From the NCBI RefSeq assembly GCF_006345805.1, contig NC_043011.1:21898464-21962463 (forward strand): 64,000 nt of DNA, in the 5' to 3' direction. This document shows, piece after piece, positions 37,211 to 51,016 of this stretch (within the stretch, counting starts at the first letter, position 1; each line of letters opens with the position of its first letter). The position numbers and the translations under genes were made by a program. The notes under the pieces were generated by a model. The model made no database searches. It was not told where the DNA came from and saw only the letters and a program-made list of their open reading frames with translations. Source of the stretch: Octopus sinensis (lineage: Eukaryota).

Positions 37211-39921
37211 TTTGTCAAATGTCTTTCATCACCATTTACAACTTTTTCAGTGAATCTCTCTCTCACTTCACTATGATGGCCTTCATAGTGCTCTTTGCAT
37301 CCTGAGCAGAAATTCTTCCAAGATCAACTTTACCTTTCATCCTTTCATGGTCAATAAAATATAGTACTAGTCAAGTACTGGGTGCAATGTAATCAACCTA
37401 CACCACTTCCCACAAGAGCTGTTGACCTCATGCCAAAATTAGAAAGAATTGTTTTTTCAGATTCTAATGAATAAAGGGGTTTTTTTCCCCATTCTTTTTT
37501 TAATGTAACTTGTAAATGCTGAAGGGTGGTGAATAATGTCTGCTATACAGGTTTGACTTCCATCTGAGTTATTTCATTTACACCTCATACACTGTTATGG
37601 ACATAATCTATCAACTTTATTCTCAATACAAAACTTGAAAAGTCTTTCTAGTTTCCTTCAGAACACTCGGTTCATACAAATATCAATTTCTTTAACATGT
37701 CTAGTTGATAGTTTTCTTTACTGCACCAGAGTTATGAATGTAATTTATCTTAATAATTCTTAATAAAATCAATCTAACACATGCTATTATCATAGACATT
37801 GTTTCCTTACAGTTCAAATCTACTATTTATGTAATACAAGCCTTGCTTGTTTACCGGCACTTCTTTCTTATTGAATAAAATCAGTCATTCATAAGTGAGC
37901 TTTTAATGGTCAATATTCTTAAAGGCTTTTTAATTGTGCTATATTATTACTGCATCAATCACTTATCAAAATTAGGATGGACTGGAGTACACTATTTACA
38001 ATATATACCTGTCACCAAAACTGGTACGAACCTGTGCATATTATACACCTCAGTAAAATTTCTGTATGAAGTATATTACTATAGTTTTGCTATATTTTAT
38101 TTATTTATTGTCTTTTAGAATACTAGTTGCTGTTGTTAGTGTTTTTATTGCCTAGTTTCAGGTCAATTCTGATCATAATGCTGCAGCTGTGACCATGTCT
38201 GTATGCCCCCACTTCACCCGCCCTGTTATAATGTATCAAGCACTAAATCATCCAACATGTCTTTGTTTTTTAAGGATGATAGGTCGTGATTTAAGGGATA
38301 TTTAGTTTCTACTTCTAGCTGGTTGTGTGACTACTTAGAGGCTCTTTTGGTACTTTTGGCACTTATCACTTGCAATGTCCCTATCATTTTACAATAGGTG
38401 ATGAAAGGACAGGATCTATTCTTTTTTGTTCTTATTGTTGTTTAGCTCCAGGTCAATTTTAACAGAGCAAACCTATGATCAAAGTTTGAAGGGAATTTAA
38501 CTGTTGTAAATAGTAGTTTAACCTGCTAGAAATAGCAGTCATGGGCAAACTGAGGCTCATAGAGCCTTCTGACTGGCACACCTGATGAAAAATTACCTTG
38601 AATTGTTTTTTAGTAGTGTAGTCCACCTGATGATGAGTCATGTCTCATGCAGTCCACTTCTCAAAAAATGGTTGCCCATGCTTGATTTAAGGATTCCTTT
38701 ATTGGCTATGGATGAGGGTCTGGAGAGAATTAATAAGGCATCAGCATGTCTAAGATCAAGTTGCAGCTGGTTCAGCAAGTGCCCTCTTTCTAACTCAAGA
38801 GTGAGCAGTTCATATTGCATCTCTAGTTTGGGGCCATTGTTACTTAATCTTTGCTTGTTTAAGTCACTAGTAACTCTTTTACTCTTTTACTTGTTTCAGT
38901 CACTTGACTGCGGCCATGCTGGAACACCGCCTTTAATCGAGCAACTCGACCCTGGGACTTATTCTTTTGAAAGCCCAGTACTTATTCTATCGGTCTCTTT
39001 TGCCAAACCGCTAAGTAACGGTATATATAAGTATATATACAGCTTACCACTATGAGCAGTGGGGTCACTGTAAAACTGATTATTTTGCGCAAAGCTAACA
39101 AGATTCCTAGTATCAATAGGCCTGGTCAGCCTATAATTGTACAGTTGGTTAGAAAAAAGGTATCAAGTAACTAATAATAATAATAATCATACCAGTTTAA
39201 GAAGAATGTAGGAGAAACGCTGTTTTTAGTTCGTTATTGAATTCAATGTTATTGTACTGTTTGTATCTTGGTAAATTACTCTTTAGTATTTCTCTGACTA
39301 TCAACTTGAAAATGATTTATCAACCAAAAAAAAACTAAGTTGCTGTATCCATCCACAGGTGAAATGTCTGTATCACTTTTACGGAATGAAACCGAAAGTT
39401 ATGTACATTCACATGGCATATAAAAGGTTTCAGGGAAAGAAGACTATGCAGGCATGGCTGTGTGGTAAAGACACTTGCTTCCTAACCATTGTGGTCTTGA
39501 GTTTAATCCCACTGTGTGGCACCTTGGGAAAGTGTCTTCTACTATAGCACCAAGCCAACCAAAGCTTTGTGAGTGGACTTGGCTGACAGAAAAGAAGCCT
39601 GTCATATATTTGTGCATGCATTTGTTTGTGTGTAGCCTTATCTAGACATTACATGATGCTTGTAAATGAGCATCATCATCATCATCATTTCCAGTCTTCT
39701 ATGAAATGTCTGGTCATGGGCAAATATAACCTGATTTGGAAACAATGGAGGGTTGGCAACAGGAAGGGCATCTGGCAGTAGAAAATCCACCTCAACAAAT
39801 TCCATCTGCCTCATGCCAGCATGGAAAAGTGCATGTTGAGTGATGACAAAGATTATGATGATAATGTTAATTAATTGAAAATAGCATTGATGGTACTAAG
39901 ATATTTATGTTTCTGTTACAG

Positions 39922-39965
39922 GTGATGCTGTTTTAAAGAACTTGGATCTCAAAGAAAGTGCTTTG
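39922..39965 (+). CDS. VPS13: VPS13A/C-family lipid transfer protein, Chorein-N exon equivalent to human exon 2 (44 bp, phase 1-0): (G)DAVLKNLDLKESAL
   Basis: ttctgttacag acceptor and gtaagt donor. The peptide matches the VPS13A/C N-terminus (human VPS13C GNVALDNLQIKENAL, from recall). It splices in frame with the next three exons. Confidence 0.95.
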
Positions 39966-41030
39966 GTAAGTATCCAGTTTAATGTTTACTACTCTGTGTA
40001 AGCTAAATAGATTTGAATTTGGTTTATGCTGAAGGCTTATGGTATTAAAGAGTGCAGGGTGTATGAAGTCATTTCAATCATTTACTTGGTTACTTCCTGA
40101 TATTAATCTTCTTTGAGTTATTCAACAATACCTTTGTGCGTTGTACTCCAGATATAAACATGGCCTATAATGAAGGTTTTAATGTTAATTATTATAGCTT
40201 TATCATTTCAAATAGATAGATATGATTTGTATGAAACAGTCAATTATTCAGTGTGGTGCTAGGCTCTTTACCATTGTATAAAGCCACATATAAAGATATA
40301 ACAGAGCTGTTTATTCATAAACATGCTTCTAATCTGATGAAGTCAATGAGACTAACTTCAATCCTTTTATTATTTTTTGACAAGCATTAAGTTATTAATA
40401 ATTTTCATATCTCTCTCTCTCTCTTTTTCTCTATTTCATTATCTTTTTTCTAAAAGATAAACGCCAATCTTGTTTATGACTACTTTAGCTTAAACAAAAA
40501 TAAATTAAAGGCTAATTAGTTTTAAATATTAATGTTGCAGGGAATGGATATCTTGCTGAAAGGTAGCAGAGATAATTAAAATGGTGACCTATAAATGATT
40601 ATAAAAATATTGATAGAGCTATAATATGTATGGAGATAAGAGTCAAGTTTTAAGGAGGATGTCCATATGGTGGATTATGTTTCATTTCAGTTGGTGTCCC
40701 TCATATGTATGGGATGGGGTGTCTTTTCTCTTTCTCATATAAGCATATATTTCTTGCATACATATTTGTAATATACGTTTGTATTTAAGCAAATGTAGGA
40801 AAGGATTTTGTTTAAGATATTGTAAAAAATTAGATTAAATTGAGTAAATATGTAAAGATCCATATACATACCCATATGTAAAATAAGTTATAAAAGAAAA
40901 TTTATAGGGATATAGATTATAATAAAATATGAATGATAAAGTATCATGAAATTTAAGGAAGTATTTGAATAAAGTAAGTTTTTTTTTTTTTTTGCTTGTT
41001 TGTTTTTTATATCATGTAGTCACCTATTAA

Positions 41031-41270
41031 CCCTTTTACTGTGGAAAGCAATTATCTCCACTCAAGATTTCATTACCTTCAACTGCAGAAAGCAGTTTTA
41101 TACACTAATCCCTTTCTTGTTGAAGAATGTCCTGTTCAAAACTATTTCCTGTTAAGATATATCAAGTTTACAGAGACAACATGACCTGCAGAAAATACTA
41201 ATTCTATTTTTGGTAGATATTTTAACATCGTTACTGAAGTACCACGAAATTTAATTTCACAGTGAATGGG
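41031..41270. mobile_element. piggyBac-like MITE (third family, 240 bp) in VPS13 intron
   Basis: TTAA at 41027-41030 and 41271-41274. Imperfect TIRs cccttttactgtgga / ttcacagtgaatggg. Confidence 0.75.
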
Positions 41271-44200
41271 TTAATACCACTGCTGATTTCTACATAGTTA
41301 CTCGACCTTCAAGAAATAGCAGCCAAATCTTGCCCTTATCTTACTCTACCTGTTGTTCTAAATGTACAAAAAGACCAGACGGTCACGTCTGAAATGCTTT
41401 CACTCATAAGTCTATCCATTCAGCCAGAATGTAATCAATAACAACTTTAATAGAATTGATTTTGAAGAATGCAGAGCAGCATTATTCTTCTTGAATTTAA
41501 GTTGTTAACAATATTTTGGTGTTTTTAGTTTCAAATACTTTGTTGTTGTTGTTTTGCCCCATATCAGTGCTTATCAAGCAGACCTTTTGATTAAAAGCAT
41601 TCCAATTGTGGTTATCTTGTTTTGCTTTTTAAAGAGAATATAGGACTTCAGTTGCTAATGTGCCCTTATTAAAAATTAAAATACGGTAAGGTGTAATTTG
41701 AGGGATGAGCTCTCCCGTCTTTAAAAATGGCCAAGACATACCACATGTGCTCCTACAATTCCAACAAGGAAGCCTCAAGTGAAGGCATAATTGACAATGC
41801 ATAGCCTTGCTACCCTCTTAAAAAACATTGTCTTGTTGACACTGTTATGTCCTTCTTTGAACTCACTGTATATGCCACTTTATACAAATATAAATCAGAA
41901 ACAATACATAACAAACAATATCTCTTTTCAATGACTTCTACAACTGTCTTCTACAACTGTCTTCACAAAGCACCGGCGCACACCATACTGTCCCTCACTG
42001 ACAGTACACATGCTCCTTTCTATGGTTTAGGATAGTTGACTTGCTATCCCACAGGGGTGTCAGGATTTCACAACAAAAACTTATGTGGCTTCATGTCTAC
42101 ATCAGAAATTAATATTACTGAACCTTTAAGCTGACAGAACTATTAGCAGGCTGAGTAAAATGCTTAGTGGCTTTCATCTGTCTTTATGTTCCAAGATCAA
42201 ATTCCACCAAGGTCAACTTTGCCTTTCATCTTTTCAGGGCTGATAGAATAAGTAGGGTTGATGTAATCAATTTAACTCCTCCCTCATAATTTCTTGACCT
42301 TGTGCCAAAATTTGATGTTAATATTAGTGAACCTGTTAGCACACTCGGAAAAATTCTTAGCATTTCATTTGTCCTTACGTTCACAGTTCAAATTCCACCT
42401 AAGTCCACTTTGCCTTTCATCCTTTCGAGGCTGATAAAAAAAAAATAAATGCCAGTTGACCTCCTGAATTTGCTGGCTTTGTGCCAAAAAATTTGAAAAC
42501 CAATATTACAGAACCTAGTTCAATAGTTACCAAAATATTTCTTGAGGTATAAGAGCATTGTAGTTTGCTTGAGGCATTGTGGTATTGAAGAATGTAGAAA
42601 GAGAGAAAATAGACAGCTTTTAACAAATAGACAGTTTCTAACAAGAAACTATTTCCTCTCTTTCCACATTCTTCTTGAGGTTTGTTGAAGTCTTTCACTA
42701 TTATTTTGAACATCAGGTAATAGACAGCAGAAGCAGTATAGTTTTAATCTAAATGCTCATGGCAGACACACACACATAGGACTAGCTTCTTTCAGTTCCT
42801 GTCTACCAAATCTACTCACAAGGCTTTGGTTGGCTCAAGAGTATAGTGCTGCACAGTGGGACTGAACTCAGAACCATGTATTTGGGAAGTAAGCTTCTTA
42901 CCACACAGCTATGCCTGCACCTATTATAATGGTTTTTTTCAAAAATCAATGAACCTATACCCGTATTGTACAGACAACCCCACCTGCCCTAATTTTAATA
43001 AGACGTTAAATGAAGCAAAAATTATTTTTAGAAAGATAATTTATTCATATAAAAAGAATATTAGTTATTATTTTGTAAATGGCAAATATAATTTTTTTCT
43101 CTAAAATAAATTCTTAAGTTTTTTTAATAATTCCTTGTTTCACACTGCCCTAATATGTTTTCACAGAACCCTCTCTGGAGAAACACTCACTAATGGCATT
43201 TACTTGTCTCTTTACAATCATCATCATCACTGTCATCATCATTATTTTATGTCTGCTTTCCATGCTGGCATAAGTTAGACCAGTCACTATGGCTGGAATC
43301 AGCACATATTTGGGGGTACTGCTCACCTAGATGAGTCTGAAGGACTGTATTTTGCTCATGTTTCATTTTTGATTTGGTTTCTATATCTAGATGCTCTCCC
43401 TAACACTAATCACTTGACAGAATGTACTGGGTGCTTTCTTGTGGCTCCAGCACTAGAGGTGACATGTCCTCAATAAGACTTACACTTACACTCACCCCCT
43501 TACACTTTGTAGAATGTGCTGAGTACATTTTTGATGATACCAGAACTAACCAGACAGTTATATCCTCAACATGACTAAAAGAACCTCATGGCCTCTTGTC
43601 TCTGCTTGCTAGCCTGTCTCTTGAAAGGATGGGAGACAAAAATAGATGATAATGAGAAGAGGAGTGGGTAATAAGAAGGTAAGTAATAGGAGATAGGTGA
43701 TCGGGAATGATGTGGTACTTGGTATTCTGAGATATGTGTGTATATTCAGGACACCATGAGCAATGGGATAGTGTGATAAGGGAGGGCAATGTGACCTAGA
43801 AAGTAGAGCAATAATAGAGGCTCAGGATGTGTGGAGAGAAGGAGCAAGTATATGATGACAGAATGAAAACAGAGGGAAGACAGGAGGGTAAAGGTAGTGT
43901 ACAGGGTAGAACTGGTTAAATGCAGCCTCTTATACATAGGTTTAGAGATAGGCTGCAGAGATCGGATGTTAAAGGTAGTAGCAGAAAGAATGAAAAGTAG
44001 TTGGGTCTTGAATTAGTGAATGGTTGGTGAGAAGCACAGGTGATAAGATAGGTGTAGTGGCATTCATGGTTATATCGAGAGCAATTTATGGTAGACAGAA
44101 GAGATTCACAGCTAACCTTGGTCCTACCAGCAGCCCATTCTGTAGCAGTAGGCTCCTCATCTAGGATTTCAAATGCTGTGACACCTTCTCCAGCCTAGAC

Positions 44201-44989
44201 TCTGCTGCTCATCAGCCTGAGGAAAAAAACTGTCAGGGTGTCAGTTGCTCCCTGATAGGTTTATTGTCAATCTTGTGGAAGTTGAAGCCTCTGGTGTTCT
44301 TGGGTTCTGGACCATATCCCTGCTCATCACTATCAAGGTGGAGATTGTTGTCTGCAAGTGCAAGTCCTGTGAGTCAGAGTTGCTGTTCAAGCGCATCTCT
44401 CTTGCTGTTCTCTGGGGCGTCGCCTATTTCATTTTGACTGCTGGTGCTATGAGAAATGTTTCTATACTATGAGGGACATGCTGTTAAGCACAATGGTAAT
44501 TAAAACTGAAAAGGCCAAAAGCTTGTATGACAAGCAGCTTAGAACTGGGATTGAGAAGAGGAGGGAAGAATTGTGAGATAAAACAATAAAGGCAAGGCCT
44601 TTATTATTTCATCTCACAATCTTGAATCTTGAGAGGTAAAGACATGGTAGCAGGAACGTGGGTGACAGTAATATGAGTGATAAACAGATGAATGATAAAG
44701 GGCTGGGTGGTAAGAGGGAGATGGATGAGTGATGGGTAGAAATGGGAGAGACATGAGACAGGTTTGTTTGATAGAAGAGAGGCTATCAAAGGAGCCAGCA
44801 GTGTGAACTTGACTGTACTCTGAGTACAAATACCACCCTGGTTAACATTATATCTCGTTCGTTCTTGGAACTGATAAATTAAGTCTCCATCATACACTGA
44901 TTATACCGCTCTCTAACAAATCTGTGTCTTTGTTCTAATCTAACAAATCACTACTGAACTTTGAATATTTATTTATTATTATGGCTAGG

Positions 44990-45392
44990 TTCCAACCCAA
45001 GCTACAGCAGCAAAGTCCATCTGCCACACCTTTTGGTCTAATGACACTGCCTTGGGATCCTGGACACGTTCCAGGCCAGTGTCTGCAATCAAGTTGCCAA
45101 TGTGTGACAACATTTTCCTCTTCTTACATCGCCATGAAGTGGGTTCCACAAGACTAATTTGGATGCTTCCAGTTCAGGGTGGAACACACACACACTAACC
45201 AGATGGTCACAGCTGTCTTTGCCTGATCTTCTCACTAACTTTCGGCAGGTCTCCATAAAAGCATTCATTTGTCATATGTTGCTGCCATTTCACATTTAGG
45301 GCAATTTGTAGCATCCTTGTGTAGCAGCCATCTAGCTTCTTTGATAATTTCTTTGTCAGTGTCCATGTTTCACAGAAATACAATAATACATA
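44990..45392 (-). mobile_element. RTE-clade LINE 3' fragment
   Basis: VLLYFCETWTLTK...LDGCYTRMLQIALNVKW...IRQRQL, then KLVLWNPLHG. Confidence 0.85.
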
Positions 45393-46605
45393 ATAATCAT
45401 CATCATCACCATCTTCATCATCATTTAGCATTTTTTCAATGTCGGTTGAATGGTTTGACAGGATCCAATAGGTCAGAGGACTGCATCAAGCTCCAGTGTT
45501 TGTTTTGGCATAGTTTCTATGGCTGGATGCCTTTTCTAATACCACTCATTGAACAGTGTAGTAGGTGCTTTTTCATGTCACCAGTACTAGTGAGGTTATA
45601 AATTAGCTTGCTCCTTGATTGAGGGGGTTGTAGTATTGAGGGAACTGGCTTATGCCAGGGGTTAAGAAGCAAAAGTATGATGATAGTGGGGTATGAACAG
45701 CTGTCTTGCTGCTATGGAGGAGATATATGGCTACCCCAGCTGGAAAAGGAGAATAGATGGTGGTGATGAGGTGTCAGGACATATCCACCCTCAAAGTACA
45801 AGAGGAAAAAATGTGAGGAGGATACGGACCGAGGATCAGGTAAATTCATACAAGTGTAAGGTGAGTGACATGGTTAGTAGTAGGTGATGCAGTGAACAGC
45901 AAACATGCACACTATACGTATTTGTGTGTGTGTAAAAGTAAGATTCAGTTGAATTAGGTACTTGAATTGAGGCATCTAGTTAGGTCAGAATAATATACAC
46001 ACACAAACAACAATATTATGTAAATATCAAACTTGGTACAGAAGTACCAGCCGGATGATATTCCTGCAGTGTATGTAGACAACAGAACCAGCTGAGTGAA
46101 GAAATCCGCTCTTGAGCTATTCAGACATGTACATTATATTAAAGATATGGTCCATAATATATGGTCCAGAAGGGGAGATTCTGAGACAGGTGAATAAATA
46201 TGAATGAGTAACAGTAGAGGAACACATGTACTTCTACTGTGATATATATATATATATATATAAAAGATCATCATCATTTAGCATCCATGCTCCATGCCAG
46301 TATGGGTTGGTCAGCTTGACATGAACTGATTTGTCCAAGCTCTAATGTCTGCTTTGACATGGTTTTTATGGCTGGATGCTCTTCCTAATGCCAACCACTT
46401 TAGATCATGGACTAGGTGATTTTTTTCATATCACCTGCACTATTGAAGTCACCATGCAGTTTGCAGCAGAACTACTTGCCCTGGAGTAGGGGGAGGGCAA
46501 CTTCATGCTAGGAGACAAGAGGATTACTATGAAAGGTAGATGCAGAGCAGAAGCAGAGTGATCTGCATAGCTATTCACAGCCAGTATGAAAAAAATATAT
46601 ACATG

Positions 46606-46647
<42 letters not shown>

Positions 46648-47539
46648 GTATGGCTGTGTGGTTAAGAATTTGTTTTTGCTATCACAGTGGCCTGGGTCTG
46701 GTCCTACTACATGGCATTTTGGACAAGTGTCTTTTACTTGTGCCTCATCTCTATCTGAGTCTTATGAGTGAAACTGAATAGATAATGCAAAGATCCCACC
46801 CCGGCACACACTGTATCACTAATTCTGTCTCACAATTATATTAAAACTACATGTGTCTGTGGAATGTTTAGTCAGTTAGATGTTAATTCAGTGAGCTGGT
46901 AGTTTAGTTGATCAAACAACAGAATACTCATCGTAAACACCGACAGAGATCCATTATTTATATAAGTATGTTAAATATATTTGAGTGTAGTGTAGTGAAG
47001 TGAGAAGTGGGTGTGATTTGAGGTAGCCAAACACAATAAACTAATAGTGTTTTCATTAGGTTTACTATTTGCTTTATTAATTTTTTTTTCTTTTTTTTTT
47101 TTTGGTATTTTTTTATAAATGGTCACATTGTTGAGTTTCCATTTTTCCTTGTTTTGTTTTTTACTGATTTGTGTGTTTTCCTATGTGTGAAACAATATAA
47201 CATTTCAACCCCAGTTGGCTAGGTTTTATGTTTCAATTTGTCAAAGTAACCCATTAAATAAAAAAATGTTTTGAACCCAGCTAATTACTAACTATTAACA
47301 TTTTAGAGGTATTCTGTAAGTGTTGAAACAGGGTGTGTTCTTCACTATTATAATATAAAATCAACTTTAATAGAAAAATAGTTATAAATTAGCTCTAATC
47401 TGGCAGACCTATTGAACAGCTAACTAGGTGCTGATTGTGAGCCATTGTGCACATTCTGAGGACCATACTGCATACAAAAACAGGCTGTGATTGTTTTAAT
47501 GTGATGAAAAGTCATAGTAGACTTTTACATGCTGGATGC

Positions 47540-48130
47540 TGAAGGGTTATAGTCAAGCTGATTGACCCCCCCCCCACCCCCCGTATTTATTTTTAACTGT
47601 GGTACTGCTCTATTGATCTCTTTTGCCAAAACGCTGAGTTATGGGGATGTATACAAACCAACACTGGTTGTCAAATGGAACACACATATCACACACACAT
47701 CACACCACATACACACACACACATACTACACACATCACTCGCACGCATGCACACATCACTTGCATGCATGCACACATCACTCACACACATGCACACATCA
47801 CTTGCACGCATGCACACATCAATTGCACGCATGCACACATCAATTGCACGCATGCACACATCACTTGCACACATGCACACATCACTTGCATGCACACATC
47901 ACTTGCATGCATGCACACATCACTTGCATACATGCACACATCACTCGCATGCATGCACACATTACTTACATGGTCATATATGATGGGTTTCCACACAGTT
48001 TTTGTCTACAAAATTCACTGACAAGGCATTGGTCAATCTGGCGTTATAGTAGAAGACACCTGCCACATGTGTTGTGCAGTTTAGTTGAACCCAAAATTGC
48101 ATGGTTGCAAAGCAGGCTTCTTAACCACTC
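47540..48130 (-). mobile_element. Family A SINE whose CA-rich linker carries a 21-bp minisatellite
   Basis: SINE 3' part at 47540-47680 and head at 47975-48130 flank the array. Confidence 0.8.
47736..47962. repeat. Minisatellite, 21-bp unit cacttgcatgcatgcacacat, 11 units (one of 17 bp)
   Basis: Direct reading. It explains the His-rich ORFs at 47562-48140. Confidence 0.95.
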
Positions 48131-48754
48131 TGACATTTAAACATAGGCACAGACATGACTGTCTACATATGTTTAAATGTCATATGTTAAATGAGAGTAA
48201 ACTTGTTTTAGGAATTGAGTGGAAATTATGAAAAAATAATTTAAGCATATTGTTGGCAGGAATGATGTAAACCAAAATGACTGTTGTAGATATGTATTGA
48301 GTTCATACATCTGAGTTCATTAACATTTTTCTGGATTAAAACTTCATGTCAGTGAGTCATTGACATGTTTAACCAAAACAGATCCTGGTCAAAAACAATA
48401 ACAACTTCTGAAGAATTGGTTTTGGTGAATGCAGACCAGTATTGGTCTTCTTGAATTTCAACTACTAAAAATATTTTGGTCCTTCATAATTTCAAGATAC
48501 CCTATATTGTTGTTGTTACTTTACTCCAAGCCAACCCTGTTCAATCAGGCTAATGGCCAAAGGTGTTCCACTCGTGACCATCTTGTATATTTTAGGAGGA
48601 AGTAGGATACCATTATCTAATTCATCCAAGGCACCAAGCTGGCAGAATCATTAATGCACCAGGCAAAATGCTTAACTACATTTCTTCAAGATCTTTCTCC
48701 ATGGTTCAAATTCCATTGCGATTAACTTTTCCTTTTGTCTTTTTAGATGAAATA

Positions 48755-49986
48755 CAAGGTCTGATCAAAAAGTATCGGTAATGGAACTAAAGTATGCAGG
48801 GTGAAGCCACTTGGCACACACTGGTATTGAACTCTGTCATGCATGCTTGCTAAGTTATAACATTCTTGCTCACTTCCATTGTGTAAAGCAATGCTTTGAA
48901 GTAAAGTGCATAGAATGTGGTCATCTCACCACACCACTAAGGTTTCATCAGTGACCATGGCAGAGGAATTAAGCAGAGAATCTGCTTCAAATTTTGCAAA
49001 TAGCTTGGTGATACCTGTGCAGAAATCTATGCAAAGTTGCAGTAAATGTATGGGAAGGAATGTCTGAGCTGGACACAAGTGTACAAATGGTTCAAAAGTT
49101 TCCAAGATGGCCAACAAAACGTTAACAGTGACACTCATTCTGGGAAGCCTACAACCAGCAGAACTGATGAAAACATCACGGATATGTATGCAGCATTTTG
49201 GATAGACTGTTGAATCACTGTGCGTAAGTTGTTAGAGGATGTGAACATTATTTACAGTTCACTTCAGTCTACTCTCACTGAAGATTTGGGTATGAGATGT
49301 GTGCCTGCCAAGTTTGTGCCAAAACTGTTTTCAGTTGATCAAAAAATAGGTCAGGTTTCAGCTGCACAGGATCTCCTTGATTGTATCAACGAAGAAAAAA
49401 ACATTTTGAAAATGTTTTTTACAATTGACAAGTCATGGGTCTATGGCTACAATCCCAAAACTAAGGCTCAATCTTCACAGTGGAAGACTCCAATGTCTCT
49501 GAGACTGAAGAAAGCATGAATGAGTCAAAGCAATGTGAAGACACTGTTGACAGTTTCTTTCAACTACAAGAGCATTGTTCATCATGAGTATGCCTCACTG
49601 GGTCAGACATTGAATAAGGAATACTATTGCGATATGTTGCATTGTAGTTGTATATGGTAACTATATTATTTACTGACACACAACATTCCCCAGGCCTAAC
49701 AACCACCATGTTCCCAGATCTTGTCCCTTGCAACTTTTTCCACTTTCCAAAATCAAACCCCACTTGAAATGAACAAGATTTCTAGACATCAAGGAAATTC
49801 AAGAGAATACAGCAAGGCAGCTGCTCAATATACCCAGAAAAGGAGTTCCAGGAATGCTTTCATCAATGGAAACAATGCTGGATAAAGTTTGTGGCTTCAG
49901 AAGGGAACTACCTTGAAGAAGATTAAATGCTGAATTGATGTTTTCTTTTTATAGCACCAGTCCTGATACTTTTTGATTGGACCTCA
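48755..49986 (+). mobile_element. Near full-length mariner (1232 bp), decayed, inserted into a family B SINE
   Basis: TA at 48753-48754 and 49987-49988. TIRs caaggtctgatcaaaaagtatc / gatactttttgattggacctca. Motifs VPAKFVPKL and TIDKSWVYGYNP. The HDNA region appears deleted. Confidence 0.9.
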
Positions 49987-50425
49987 TAAGTACCAGTTGC
50001 AATTGACTAGCTCCTCCTCATAAAATTTCAGGCCTTGTGCCTGGAGTAGAAAGGATTAGCTGTTTCCTTTCTTTGTTAAAAGTAAAATTACAAAAATTTG
50101 AGGGAGATTTGGCTGCTATTACTAAGCATGGGGAAGAACCATATACCTTTTTTGATGACCATGGTGCTCATTATAACAAGCACTTATTGATTGTTCATAA
50201 AACAGTCTTGCAGTCCCAACAAGTTTAAATGTCATATTTTAAATAAAAGCATATACTATGTTTTAGAGACTGAGCAGAAATTGTAAATTAAAGAAACATA
50301 CTGGAAGAATATTGTGAAAATTCTGTAAGTCAAGATGACTTTTGAACACTTCAAGATATTTATTGGGTTCATATATCGAAGTTCATGATGATGATACACA
50401 CACACACATATTTACACACATATAT

Positions 50426-50873
50426 AGCTCTGTCTGGCAACCGTGTTGGTGGCACGTAAAAGCACCATCCGTTCGCGTCCGTTGCCAGCCTCGGCTGGCC
50501 CCCGTGCCGGTGACACGTAAAAGCACCGTCCGTTCGTGGCCGGTTGCCAGCTCTGTCTGGCCCCGTGTCGGTGGCACGTAAAAGCACCATCCGTTCATGT
50601 CCGTTGCCAGCATCGCCTGGCCCCGTGCCGGTGACACGTAAAAGCACCATCCGTTCGTGGCCGTTCGCCAGCTCTGTCTGGCACCTGTGCAGGTGGCACG
50701 TAAAAAACACCCACTACACTCGCGGAGTGGTTGGCGTTAGGAAGGGCATCCAGCCGTAGAAACACTGCCAGATCTGACTGGGCCTGACGAAGCCTTCCAG
50801 CTTCACAGACCCCAGTTGACCCGTCCAACCCATGCTAGCATGGAAAGCGGACGCTAAACGATGATGATGATGA
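50426..50873 (+). mobile_element. Family D RTE-tail SINE-like element, young, with about 60-bp internal tandem units
   Basis: Four to five cacgtaaaagcacc units, then ggttggcgttaggaagggcatccagccg ... gctaaacgatgatgatg. Confidence 0.92.
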
Positions 50874-51016
50874 TATACATATACACAATAAGCTTTTATG
50901 CAGTTTCTGTCAACCAAATTTCACTCACAAGGCATTGGCTAGCCAGAGATGAATTGTAGCCTCAGTGTCTTCTTAATTGGAGACACTTACCCAAGATCAA
51001 AAACCTCATATATTAA

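Noticed and set aside
38585-39055. 156-aa plus ORF
   Set aside because: It runs across SINE fragments in antisense and has no recognisable domain.
44170-44225. ctgatgag...gagaa hammerhead-like string on the minus strand
   Set aside because: No CGAAA, and stem I does not pair.
47562-48140. His-rich ORFs on both strands
   Set aside because: A 21-bp minisatellite inside a SINE.
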